From the NCBI RefSeq assembly GCF_021028975.2, contig NC_059428.1:152148001-152212000 (forward strand): a DNA stretch of 64,000 bases. Direction: 5' to 3'. The position numbers were made by a program, and so were the translations under genes. The stretch comes from Sphaerodactylus townsendi (Eukaryota). Below the pieces are notes generated by a model. It had not been told where the DNA came from and did no database searches. It saw nothing but the letters and a program-made list of their open reading frames with translations. This document shows, piece after piece, positions 48,961 to 60,901 of the stretch. The stretch's first letter is position 1; every line of letters begins with the position of its first letter.

Positions 48961-51900
48961 CTCTGCTCTGTTGCTTCTTCAGATTCCTGAGAAGGATCAG
49001 GCTTTCTGCTCATGCTCAGATGCCCTGCCGGGTTCCATGATTTCTCGGGCTCCTGGGTAGGCCAAGCTCTTCTCTTTGCCCTCCTTCAGATTCAGACTAG
49101 AGAATCTGAGTTGCTCTGGGAAGCCTAATTGGGAACGTCTAAAGAGCCTTGCCAGTCATGAGAAGGCAAGAATATGGAGATTCTCTGATGTGGTCTGCGT
49201 TGGTACATGAATACACACGTATGGCTTTATAGCAGCTGCTTTCAGAGCATTGGTCGTGATAGTTCAAGCGAAGCCTCTATGTTTAGAGGCAGTTTACCTC
49301 CACATGCTGGGGAAGGGGGTGAAAGAGCTGAGGGCCTTGCTTCCTACTTCTAAGATTCTCTATTTTGTCAGTGTTTGGTAGGCAGTGGAGGTTGTTGCGA
49401 TCCAGCATGTACTACGTGTCACGTTTGTGAGTTTTGAGGAGAGGACAGCTGGGTGGCAGAGCGTAGCAGAAGTCAAACCAGTCTGCCCAGTTTAGCCGTG
49501 AGGCAGGATGGCTAGCCTGGCATTTGGCCGGTGAATCTCCAGGCCCAGCCCTCGGTGGCAGCTGCCCAAGCAGGATGGCCGAGTCCCCCGTCACTTGCGT
49601 CATTGAATCCTTGAAGTGTGCCAACCCAGCCACCCACCAAAGCAGGTGAAAGCGTTGTTGGTACAACGGTTGATCCCCTGGAAACATCTGCTCGGTAGGG
49701 CAAAGCACTGGTACAGATGGCAGAAGGGGAGCAATCTGGCCTTTTCAGAATAACGCCGTGTACTCAGTACATTTCTGGGGCTGTTCTGGGGAAGCAAGGA
49801 ATAAATACAACATTAATTCCTGTAATTTGGGCAGTTGAAGCTACCAGAGCAGGGAGTTTTCAAGCGCTGGATTTTTCAGCCCGAGTTCTGTACCGTGAGC
49901 TGGAAGTCTCACTGCTGTGCCCTTACATGGTGAGGCTTTTCTTCGGTAGGCTCACATGTGGCATTAATGCTTCGTGGATTTAAAAAAGACACAAAGGCAG
50001 ACCTGTTCTGTGTACAGACAGGATCTTAGTGTGTTGCTCCAGGAAAACATCAGATCCCTTTAAAAAGCTGTGCATTCCTGACAAGGTTTGTATCTGCTTC
50101 GTCCCTCCAATCAGCAACTTAAAAACTGAGAGCATTTGCAGAACTCTGCGAGATAAACATTTTTGTGCACTTGGTTTCGTAAGTGAATAAGTGCTCGTTC
50201 TTTCNNNNNNNNNNNNNNNNNNNNNNNNNNNNNNNNNNNNNNNNNNNNNNNNNNNNNNNNNNNNNNNNNNNNNNNNNNNNNNNNNNNNNNNNNNNNNNNN
50301 NNNNNNNNNNNNNNNNNNNNNNNNNNNNNNNNNNNNNNNNNNNNAAAAGCCTCATGTTCATCGAGCCGTGAGTCACAACCAATTCTTAAAGCTGTTGTAA
50401 CAAAACAAAAGTGTTTGCTTTTTTTTCTCTCACAAATAACTTTAAAGCGTAGTTTAGAACGAAGAAGAGGGGAAATTTTTTTAAAAAAATACATTTTCAG
50501 TAGACACAACATTAATCCTGGATGCTTGCGAATCCTGAGCTATACACAGACTAGCTTTCTTTTAAGAAAAGAAAATTGTCACATACCTTTTACCACTTTG
50601 CTTTTACTTCTTATGTATCATTCCCCCTGACTTCCTTACTGCAGGTGTGGGCAAGAAAACTTTTCCTTTAAAACTTTTCAACAGCGGGCATAAAATTCTG
50701 CAGCTGAGGTCTTGAAGAATGCAGATGGGTATAGTATGTGTTGGAGCTCGCAGTGTGTATTAACCAACTTTTGTTTTGTTTTTTTTCCGGCTTGTTTTAA
50801 GTGGCTCCCGAATGTGAAATGTTTTCAGGGGGGTGGGAAGGGATAAGTTCCCACTTTCCAGGCCAGCACTTAAACGTCCTTGCGGCTTTGGGAAGTCCGT
50901 TACATGTTAATCTTCTATGTGCAACGTAGCAGTAATTTATCCTTCCCGTTACGGGATTCAGAAATAGCAGCCGATCGAAATTCTCATTTGTGGGTATCTT
51001 GATTCACGCTCTACAGATAGCATGGGTTTTGGGATTTCCAGACCCGTTTTCTCCATCTAGAAAGTCCGTGCAGTCTCCGTCCAGACTGCCTTTTGTTGAT
51101 GCCGCCGTCTCCTTACGTAGCTATTATGGACAACGTTATGATCTGCACCCTGTTTAGCTGGTGGTGCGTGCGATGTTTAACGCCTACCTAGTATGATTCT
51201 TGGCTGTGGAGGAAAAAAGAAAACGTACAGCTTTTTGTAGTTTTCCAAGCAGTTCTGGGGGGTTTGTAAAATATTGTAATCTGCGTAACGAAGCAAACAT
51301 TTAAAAAGTACCTCGATTTGCCTTGCTTGATCAGCTTTGAAAAAACGCTTTTCATATTTATAACCAAACGTGAATTTCAGGAGACGAAACAAGGCAAAGG
51401 GTGAAGTTTACAGACGACCGAGTATGCAAGAGCCACCTCCTGGACTGTTGCCCTCACGATATCCTGGCAGGAACGGTAGGTGCTTTGGGCTGGGCAGCAA
51501 AAGCATGCCAAGAACAATTCTGCAAGATTGTTCGCGGTCTGGTGGCAGGGCCCAGTTTCCCTCATCAGGGAAAGCAGTGGCGTAGTGGTTAAGAGCAGGA
51601 GCAGCAGTGGCGTAGTGGTTAAGAGCTGTAATCTGGAGGAACCGGGTTTGATTCCCCACTCTGCCGCCTGAGCTATGGAGGCTTATCAGAGGAATTCAGA
51701 TTAGCCTGTATGCTCCAACATATGCCAGCTGAGTGACCTTCGGCTAGTCACAGTTCTCTCTGAACTCCCTCAGCCCCACCTACCTCACAAAGTGTCTGTT
51801 GTGGGGAGAGGAAGGGAAAGGAGATTGTAAGCCCCTTTGAGTCTCCTTACGGGAGAGAAAGGGGGGATATAAATTCAAATTCTTTTTCTTCATAGTTGAG

Positions 51901-54900
51901 GGCAATCATAGTTGGGGGCGATGGACTGCTTTATAGTAGCCCTGACCTTTCTGACCCAGGCTAGCCTGACCTTGTCACATCTCAGAAGCTTAGGAGGGTC
52001 AGCCCTGGTTAATATGTAGATGGGAGATCACCTAGGAAGCCTATGCAATAGCCAAGTGTCTCTGAACGTCTCTTGCCTTGAAAACCCTACAGGGTTGCTG
52101 TGAGTCAGGTGTGATCTAGCAACACTAAATAAATAAAAAGGTAGTGCTGTCGGTTACCTTGAAAGTCCAGTACTTGGTTCCAGCCATTGTCTTCCAAAGT
52201 AATTAAATTCTTGCAGATATTGACCGCTGGCCCAGACTAGCATGATCGTCCGATCTTAGAAGTTAAGCAGGATCAGCCCCGGTTAGTATTTGGACGGGAG
52301 ACCGCCTGTGAAGTTCAGGGTTGCTGCGCAGAGGCAAACCACCCCTGAACATCACTTGCCTCAAAAACCCTTCAGGGCCATCATGGGTTAGCTATGATTT
52401 GGCAGCATTTTCCACCACCCCCAGTGATAGATGGTTGTGCTTGTAACAATACATGAAAACGTTTCCCTGATTTCCCTCTTCTCTTTGCCAACAGCGCATG
52501 GACCTGGGAGAATGTTCGAAAATCCATGATTTGGCACTCAGAGCCGATTATGAGATTGCAAGCAAAGAGAAAGACCTGTTCTTCGAGCTGGATGTAAGTT
52601 CACGTGTGTTTTCTGGCAGCGATACACAGATATCAGTTTGGGCGGCAAGGAGTCTTGATGTTCCCAGCCGTCCACATAAGTGGTTCTTTCTTCAGGAAAG
52701 CTCCTTGTTGCCAAGATCAGCAGAGGCTCACTTCCGTTTGCAAGACATTACGCAGTTTCTTGGATACGTGGAACTGCAACTGGTGGTGTTTGGATAGGGA
52801 CAGAATTCTGCACTGGTGTCCACTGAGCAAGCCAGCCGGCTGCACTTCTGTGCAGGGGATATTGTTGGCATGAGCCTTCCCTGGTGTGTTTTTGTAGGAT
52901 GAGTTCTTCACTTTTGAAGGCCCAGTTAGGAATCTTTCCCTATTAGCCTAAATTTTATTAAGACCATCCTGAGGCCCACGTTAAAGATAGACTCCAGCAT
53001 AGGGGCTGTCTACACACCACCTCTGAACTATATCCCTTTAAGTTTAAAAAAATTGATTCATTTGAACAGTGAATAACATTAAACATGAATTCAACATCTG
53101 TTATACATATATAGTACACTTGTCAGTACATAAGAACATAAGAAAGAGCCTGCTGGATCAGACCAGAGTCCATCTAGACCAGCACTCTGCTACTCGCAGT
53201 GGCCCACCAGGTGCCTTTGGGAGCTCACATGCAGGATGTGAAAGCAATAGTCTTAAGAACATAAGAAAGAGCCTGCTGGATCAGACCACAGTCCATCTAG
53301 TCCAGCACTCTGCTACTCACAGTGACCCACCAGATGCCTTTGGGAGCTCACATGCAGGATGTGAAAGCAATGGCCTTCTGCTGCTGCTCCTGCTCCTGAG
53401 CACCTGGCCTGCTAAGGCAATTGCAAACTCAGATCAAGGAGGATCAAGATTGGTCGCCATACATCGACTTCTCCTCCAAATATCTGTCCAAGCCCCTTTT
53501 AAAGCTATCCAGGCTAGTGGCCATCACCACCTCCTGTGGCAGCATATTTCAAACACCAATCATGCGTTGCGTGACACTATAACTTGGGTCATGTTTTGAT
53601 CTTCAGTACTAGTGTAGGTACCGAATACCACGTTAACAAGCGATAGCTATGGATTTGTCATCTTTGGTTATTCTGGATACTAAGTTTGCACTGCTGGGAC
53701 ACAAGTTGAATCTTCCATTCTGGAGATTCCGTCTCAACATTTCACAGAATTGTCTCTCAAGCAGGCCAGCTTTATTCTTGAATTAATTTCTAACGTTTCC
53801 TCGTTTGGCTTGTTGTTCCCCTTTACCGGTTCAGTTTCACCCTTTAATTACAGTCACAGTGAATAAGATTTAGTTATTTCTCCATGCTCCAAGAAAATGG
53901 GCATACTGTCTCTTTTGGCATTACAATTTGTTGCTTTCTTCACTCATCACTTTCACTGTTCATTCTGATCTATGATGTCCCACAGTGGGCAATAAGGAAT
54001 AACAGCAAACTTGGTAATGTCAATATATGTCCACGCTGAATTTTTGTGTGTGTGGTGCTGGTCACGTTCGTTACAGTCTTCTGGTGCTTTTTCCCCCCAG
54101 AAAAAGAATGCTTTTAAAGTAACATCATAAGAATGTCCAGATTTTCACCTGTGTTTTGTTTGTCACGTGCCCAGGCAATGGATCACTTGGAGTCTTTTAT
54201 TGCCGACTGCGACAGAAGGACTGAGCTGGCCAAAAAACGTCTCGCCGAAACACAGGAGGAGATCAGTGCCGAAGTGGCAGCAAAGGTATCTGGCCCATGA
54301 GAAACCATGAACAGAGGATGGGAAGTCTCTTTTTAATGCCACTGCAAACTCTCAACTTTCATCCTCCAGCCTGCAGGGAGTTTTTGGAGGGTGCTAATGA
54401 TGTAGCACCCTGGCTTTGAAGCATAATAGGTCTGGGTCAGACACTGTGAAAGTCAGAGTTTGAAATGATGTTTGGATAGAGGTAGTGTGATGTGAGGCTC
54501 TGCCCCAACCTCTCCCTGAAAGTTGTCCAAGCTGACTTACAGTGTCAAAAGAAGAGATGTCCAGAGCTGGTTTGCCATTGTCTTCCTCTGAGTTCGGAGA
54601 GAACTCGGACTGGCCCGAGGTCACCCAGCGGGCTTTCTGTGGAGGAGAGGGGAATTGAACCCAGTTCTTTACATTAGAGTCTGCCACTCTTAACCAGCAC
54701 ACTATAACTTGGGTCATGTTTTGGTCTTCAGAAGAACAGCTCGGTTCAAGTCCAGTCGCATTTTCCAGACCAGTAAGTTTTTTGGGGGACGAGCTTTTCG
54801 AAGCTGGTGTTACAAAAACCATGTTGGTCTCTGAGGTGCAACTGGGGTCAAGCCACTTAAGAAAATCATTATAATAGTTTTTAGTTGCTGGAAAGCATTG

Positions 54901-57900
54901 TTGGAGTTAAAGGATGAAGGCCAAGAAAGAGCAAAGCACGTATCGCTGTTTTGTCCCCTTGAATCTTTCTCTCAAGAACTTGGGGGAAAATTGTGTTCTT
55001 TGGGCAGTTCGATTTCTCACTTCTCCTGAACACAGACTGAAAGTGCAGCTGATGCACTTAGTTGCTAAAAAAAAATTTGTTCTCCCCTCTGCTTTAGGCA
55101 GAAAAGGTGCATGAGCTCAACGAAGACATCGGCAAACTCCTGGCTAAAGCTGAGCAGCTGGGTGCTGAAGGGAATGTGGACGAATCCCAGAAGATCCTGA
55201 TGGAAGTTGAGAAAGTTCGAGCGAAAAAGAAAGAAGCAGAGGTTTGCTTTGGTTTCCTTCTTACGTTTGTTTTTGTGCGTGTGCTTATGTGTTCAAGTAA
55301 CAATCAATTGCTTCAGCCTCAGTCCACAACAGAGTAAGATGCGGAATTACCCGCATAGGTGTCAAACTCGTGGCCCTCCAGATGTTATGGACTGCAGTTC
55401 CCATTATCCCCTGCCAGCATCATGCCCAGGGGATGATGGGAACTGTAGTGCTGGTTCTCTGGAGCTTGCCTCCAATCTTAAATTAAAACTCTCGAGATTA
55501 CTCACAGTGAACTCTTGCAGTGCTGCTTTCCAAAGCTTGTTTCTGTTGTATTTTTTTGTGGAACCTTTTTTTAGCAATATTTTTTTAACCAATAGCCTGA
55601 GAAGTAAATCGGTTGTTGATCCCAGCTCTTTGGGAGCAGGAGGGATTAGGTGGGTTTTTGTCATACCCCTAGAATATTGGGATGTGGCCAGATTCCATAC
55701 GACCTCTTCTATTTCAGTTAATGACATGAGTAGACGAAGACATCGAGATAATGGCGGTGGGAAAGCTGTGCTTGCAGTGTACAACCAGTTGCAGGAGAAT
55801 AGGCAGGAATGGTGGAAGTGGAGGAAAGAGCAGATGAAAGGGAAACTGCTTTGGGAAAACTCCTCTGCTTTTTCCCCCACAGGAGGAATACCGCAATTCG
55901 ATGCCTGCCTCCAGTTTCCAGCAGCAGAAGCTGCGGGTGTGTGAGGTCTGTTCGGCATACCTTGGCCTTCACGACAATGACCGCCGTCTTGCCGATCACT
56001 TTGGAGGCAAACTGCACTTGGGCTTCATCCAGATCCGTGAGAAATTGGACCAGTTGCGGGTAAGGTTTCTTACTTCCTGGCCTCTTTTTAGCCAATGAGC
56101 AGCTGTGAGTTTCTCCCATGCCTTGTTTTGTACACTGTGGATCGTTTTATCTTACACCCTGTGGATAGTTGCCCCTTGCTCACATCTGTCTTGTTTGATT
56201 GTCCTGCACTGGAGTACCTAGTTCTCCATTGAAGTTCGATGGTTCTGCATTGGTGTACATGACAGTGATGTTCCTCCGGTGAATATGCATTCCCTTTTCC
56301 CCCTCACAAACGTACATTCCCAGGTTGTAACATTTCATGGGTGCAGCTGTTGGTTTGGAGTGTTTGTCCCAGCCATGGAGGGAACACTTGATATTTCTAT
56401 ATGGATATTTCACACCTATTTATTGAGCCTGAAGGAGCTCAGAGCTTTGTAGATTATTCTCTCCAGCGACCCTGGAAGAGAGTTTAGGCTGAGAGAATAA
56501 CTAGCCCACAGGGATCCACAGAGTTCAGTGGCTCAGTGGGCATTTGAACATGGGTCATTCTGGTCCTAGTCCTCCTATTTGCATGTTCGTTTAACCCCAC
56601 ATTTCCCTTGTAGCTCTAGGCAGTTAACAGTTTCACAATTTAAAACACACACACAATAGGGCAAAACTCAGTTTTCCAGCTTCCCAAGAAAACACAGCTT
56701 AACCCACTCAAATGGCTTAACAATGTGCCTCTCCCCAATTTGGTCAAGAAGCCTGGTCCATTTGGGCAGGGGGCAGAATTGGCAAGAAGCAGACTTTTAA
56801 GGAGGAGAACTAGAAGGTGGCAACCACCCGTCTTTGGTGCATGGACATATCTGGGGAGATTTAGAATATTGTTTGGCTGATAAAACACACTCCCTTTCAA
56901 ATATTCACGACCCCTGCGTTGTTAGCCGCTTAAGACTCAAGGTGTGGTCTCTCAGTGAACACGCTCAGCAGTTTGTGTTTTTTCTAGAAAACCGTGGCAG
57001 AAAAACAGGAGAAGAGAAATCTGGACCGGATGAGGCGGAGAGAAGAGCGCGAGCGGGACGATCACGTGGCGCAGCGGTGAGTGGACAGGAAGTGACCCCC
57101 TGTGACATGGCAGGCTGGCAGCACTTGTGAGTCAGGAACATCTGGTCCCAGGGTCGTTTGCGCTACACCAGGCAAAAGTTCTTGCTGTGGTTGGGAACCT
57201 TTAAACTAGGTGCAGGCGTCCAAGTTTAAAACTCCTTCCTTCAGCGGTCACCAAACCGGGCAGTGTATGAAAGGGAGAGTTCAAATAGAAAGGCCTGATT
57301 CACTGGCCTGGCTCCATCCCACAAAGAACCGGTTCTTCCAAAGCACATTCCATCTGGCAGTCATTATGGGGACACCTAGAGTTACCTAAGAGTTTAGTGT
57401 CTGGATTTGTTTGTTTTCCTCTCTCCTTTTAGTCCCCTTTTTCTGTTTTGTAGGTGCCATTTTGTGTTCAGTATGGTTGAGCATTCAGTGGCAAAAAGGG
57501 TGTACATAAACTGACAAATAGCCCTTTTTACCCTGCTTTTTCTGCCTCTAAACAAAGCAATGGGAGTTGAGTAGTTTTTTCCTTCCACCTGTCAGCGGAG
57601 TCGTTGGTGACTGTGGTGGAAGGAATGGGGCTTGAGAGGAGGAGGAGGGTCAAAAATAAGACACGGGGCGCCGCACAAACTTGATGGTGTTGCCAATGAC
57701 TGTATTCTCTTCTCTTCTCTCCTAGGTCTGGATCAAAAAACAGAGATCGCAGGAGGTGGGTCATCTTGGGTTTGGGGGAGGCTACATAAATGTTTGGTGC
57801 CATGGGGCAACAGGGACTGATGGGCTTAGTCCACGAACATCTGGAGGGCCAGAGTTGGACAACCCTAAGATAGATGATTTCCTGCTGAGGCCTGCGCATG

Positions 57901-60900
57901 CAGTGAAATTGGGTAGTGTTCGTGGGCTGGACTGTTCCAGACTGCAGGTGGGCAGCGTTTCCTCACAAGCCAAACCCTGGCACAGCCACGAGCTGCTGTA
58001 GTAGTTTTCTGTTTGGGTGGGGTTGTTCCATGAGGGAGGATCCAGAAAGGTGATCATACCACTGCACGCTTGAGCGGGTTGGGGGGCAGTTTGTTTTGCC
58101 ACTTCCTTCTGCTGCACACATTAGACCAGTCCCGAAAGAGGTGTTTGAATTGCCTCTGTTAGAAAGGGGATTTGAGGTAAGCCCTGTCTGTTTGATCTGC
58201 GAGGCTTTTTGATATATGTTCACTGCTTGAAGTTGTCATTGAAAGACAAATCCATCACATTACAGAAGTGGGTCTGTACAACTAAAGTAAGCAATCGAAA
58301 CAGTCGCACAGTATACGGCTAGCAGTCAGAAAAGATGGAATCGCTCAACCGTTTACTCCATCAATAATGTTTACAAAGACGTGAGGCTCAATAACAGGCT
58401 TTGCCTCTACTATGCCACCTCCGACAAATATTTTTTACACAGTCACAAAATGTTAACAACAGACAGATGTAGCCTGAAAAGAATATCTGTCTCGCATAAA
58501 GTAGAAAACCCGCCTAGCTAGCGTCTGGCAATTGTCTGGCTTTGACAAATCTTCAGAGGCTGGTGGTATTTTCTCTGTTCATCAAAATATCACTTGTTGA
58601 CATCCTCAAAATCAGCTGGGACTGTGTGCACCTCTGCTAATCTCAAGCTGCAACATGTCCTCCAAAATAAAAACGTAAAAAGAGCCTTGGGCTACCACAG
58701 GTAGTGTCTGTGCTGTTTGTTTGTTCAGCGGGAGGGAACTCTTAGGTGTCAGCGCTCAACAGATCTTGCAGGAAGGCAGTTCCAAAGCTCTGTAGGACCA
58801 GTGGTGGCTGAAGCCACCACTGCCTCGTAGGAGCACCTGCATGGAAAGCCATGCTTCTGCTGCAGTATCATTGGTTTTCAGTTGGTTTGCATGTCCCCAA
58901 ACTGCAGGTCTCGATCTCGGGAGCGGAGGCGAAGACGCTCCAGGTCCACTTCGCGGGAGAAGCGGAAGTCCCGCTCCAAGTCCCGAGAGCGGGAGAGGCA
59001 CAGGCGCCACCGCAGCCGTTCTGGCAGCCACGGCCGAAGCCATCGCCGGGGGTCCAGGGACAGGAGCACGAAGCACAAGTAGGCCTAGCCCTTATGACTG
59101 TTCTCCCTCGGGGGAAAGACTGTTTAATAGCTAAAGGGCAGGTAAAGGGGGTAGGCTGGGAAATTTTAGCGTATGCTGGCCCACCTCAAAGCATTCCCTG
59201 GAGGAAGAGCCACTTCAATTATTTTCTGGGGGGAAAACAGGAAGGTGTCAGAAAAGGAGAAAATGCTGTAAATTGTACTTCTTCCAAAGGGCAGTTGAAT
59301 TTTGAGAGATGGCAGCAGGCGTAAAGATAAGTATTCTAGTTTTAGCCAGATGTGCCAGTCCACATGCAGGAGAGCAAGGGATGAAAGATGAGATCCACTT
59401 GGTCAGAGGGGATGGGAATTGTTCCTTTCTTCTGTCTTTCCATTGTTTGCAATTACACCTTCAGATGCGAAGCCTTCCCAGTGCGTTAGCTTCAGCGTTT
59501 CAAAAATAATTAAAGCATTGTTAAAAATTAAAGCTTTGTTCTTGAACAATCTGGGTTGTTTTCCATTTTCATAGCCTTCTGTTATCCTAGAGTCACCTAT
59601 TGTCAAATAAAGCTTATTTCTTACGAACAGTTACCGAGAGTCTGCCTTGGCTTTAGCTGCACAGTCGCCCTGGGTTGACACCTAGCGTTAAAAACCGGCA
59701 TTTTTCTCGGAGCTGAATATGCTGATCTGCTAATTGCAGATAAAAATGTCAGAAGTCACCATGTGCTGCTGTGAATGGATCTATTTTTAGTGGCTTAAAG
59801 GGCCGCTTTGCATGTGGAATTGCAGTAATCAAAAGCCACTATATTTAATCTGTCGTACGTGGTGTTGGGAAGACAGCCGTGGTGGTGGGAAGACAGCCAC
59901 AGGGTCTGTCGTACGTGGTGTTGGGAAGACAGCCACAGGGTTTTCAAGGTGAGAGACGTTTGGAGGTTTGCTGCTGCCTGCTTCCGCGTAGCAGCTCCCA
60001 ACGTCCTTGGTAGGCTCCCGTCCCAATAAAACCAAGGCCAGCCCTTCTTAGCTTCCATGATCTGATGAGAGTAGGCTAGCTTGGGCTGTCCTGGTCAGGG
60101 CACATCATACATATGTCCTTGCGATTATTTCAGTGAGTGCCTGTGGTTTCCCAAGAGCCCTGGAAGTTGCCCAAGGCTTGTGAAAAAGCAGGCCGTGGCC
60201 CCAGCTCACCTGGGAAGCTTCATAGGTTCATCTGCTTGGGTTTTCTGGATCCAGGGCCTTCACCTCCCAGTGGGCATCAATAGGTGCTTAATTGTGGGCA
60301 CTGTGCAGAGGGCAGCTGGACCTGTGGTTCTTATCCAGTCCAGAAAGGTCCAGAATCAGGGGTAGGGAACCTGCGGCTCTCCAGATGTTCAGGAACTACA
60401 ATTCCCATCAGCCTCTGTCAGCATGGCCAATTGGCCATGCTGGTAGGGGCGTATGGTTTCCACTTTCGGAACAGTTATCGATTGCCGGAGGTTCCCTGCC
60501 CTTCATTCAAAATCTTTCCCTTTCCTTGGCTTCCAAACTGGGAGCACATTTGGTCCTACCTAGCTTGAGCTAGCTTCCTGCTTGGGGTACAGAAAGGAGA
60601 ATTGTCAGGATAAGTTCGTCCCTGGTTAACTTACGTTTCCCTGGTTAACTTACATTTGCTGCTACCTAGCCTGATCTAGCTTCCTGCTTAGGGTACAGAA
60701 AGGAGAATTGTCAGGATAAGTTTGTCCCTTTTTACAGCGTGGCTTGGTTTGTGCTTCAGATCCTCCCGAGATCGCTCTTCGAGGGAGAAGTCACGGGAAA
60801 GAGAGAGGAAAGAAAAGAGCTCTTCCGAAAGGAGGCACGAGAGCACCAACGGCAAATCTCGTTCCAAGAGGTCGGAGGAGCGGGAAGCCGGCGAGATCTG

Positions 60901-60901
60901 A
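48592..60901 (+). CDS. LUC7L: RNA-binding protein Luc7-like 1 (U1 snRNP-associated splicing factor), 372 aa; join(48592..48652,51381..51475,52495..52593,54175..54285,55098..55241,55883..56059,56988..57076,57726..57755,58908..59078,60760..60901)
   Basis: Starts MSAQAQMRALLDQLMGTARDG. Zinc finger 1 is CKSHLLDCCPHD...ECSKIH; zinc finger 2 is CEVCSAYLGLHDNDRRLADHFGGKLH. An RS domain follows, and the protein ends ESTNGK...SEEREAGEI*. All introns are GT-AG with consistent phases (1119 nt). MRALLDQ and AEKVHELNEDIG, plus neighbours from the human 16p13.3 region, favour LUC7L over LUC7L2. Confidence 0.96.
50205..50344. other. Assembly gap (140 N) in LUC7L intron 1
   Basis: Run of N. Confidence 1.
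50645..50733 (+). other. Candidate LUC7L poison (stop-containing) exon in intron 1
   Basis: Long pyrimidine tract plus CAG acceptor ending at 50644. In-frame TGA at 50713-50715 when joined to exon 1. Donor ATA|GTATGT at 50734. Confidence 0.5.
51573..51891 (+). mobile_element. Squam3-like CORE SINE with duplicated A-box
   Basis: gcagtggcgtagtggttaagagc occurs twice at the head. Confidence 0.85.
51955..52410 (+). mobile_element. Two 5S rRNA-derived SINE copies in LUC7L intron 2
   Basis: Degenerate 5S segments (atctcagaagc...ctggttaatatgtagatgggaga; gatcttagaagttaagcagg...ggttagtatttggacgggagaccgcctg) with a shared non-5S body. Confidence 0.7.
53130..53573 (-). mobile_element. CR1 LINE 3' end with tandemly duplicated tail
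   Basis: ataagaacataagaaagagcctgctggatcagacc occurs twice (~53130 and ~53254); same family at 61985-62088. Confidence 0.8.
59606..59611 (+). terminator. Intronic poly(A) signal for a short LUC7L isoform (326 aa)
   Basis: Read-through of the exon 9 donor gives AAG TAG (stop 59080-59082); AATAAA lies about 520 nt downstream. Confidence 0.5.
59849..59940. repeat. Short tandem duplication in LUC7L intron 9
   Basis: tctgtcgtacgtggtgttgggaagacagcc twice, plus a partial third copy. Confidence 0.85.

Noticed and set aside
55207-55958. 245-aa (+) and 184-aa (-) ORFs in LUC7L intron 5
   Set aside because: They run through a MITE and intronic pyrimidine tracts, out of frame with the real exons, with no recognisable homology.
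60565-60730. Local duplications just before LUC7L exon 10
   Set aside because: Simple short tandem duplications in an intron; the acceptor at 60759 is intact.
60760-60901. Possible frameshift in the LUC7L last exon (the ORF track shows only other frames)
   Set aside because: Manual translation from the phase-2 junction is continuous to EAGEI-TGA; the track omits this frame because it lacks a start codon.
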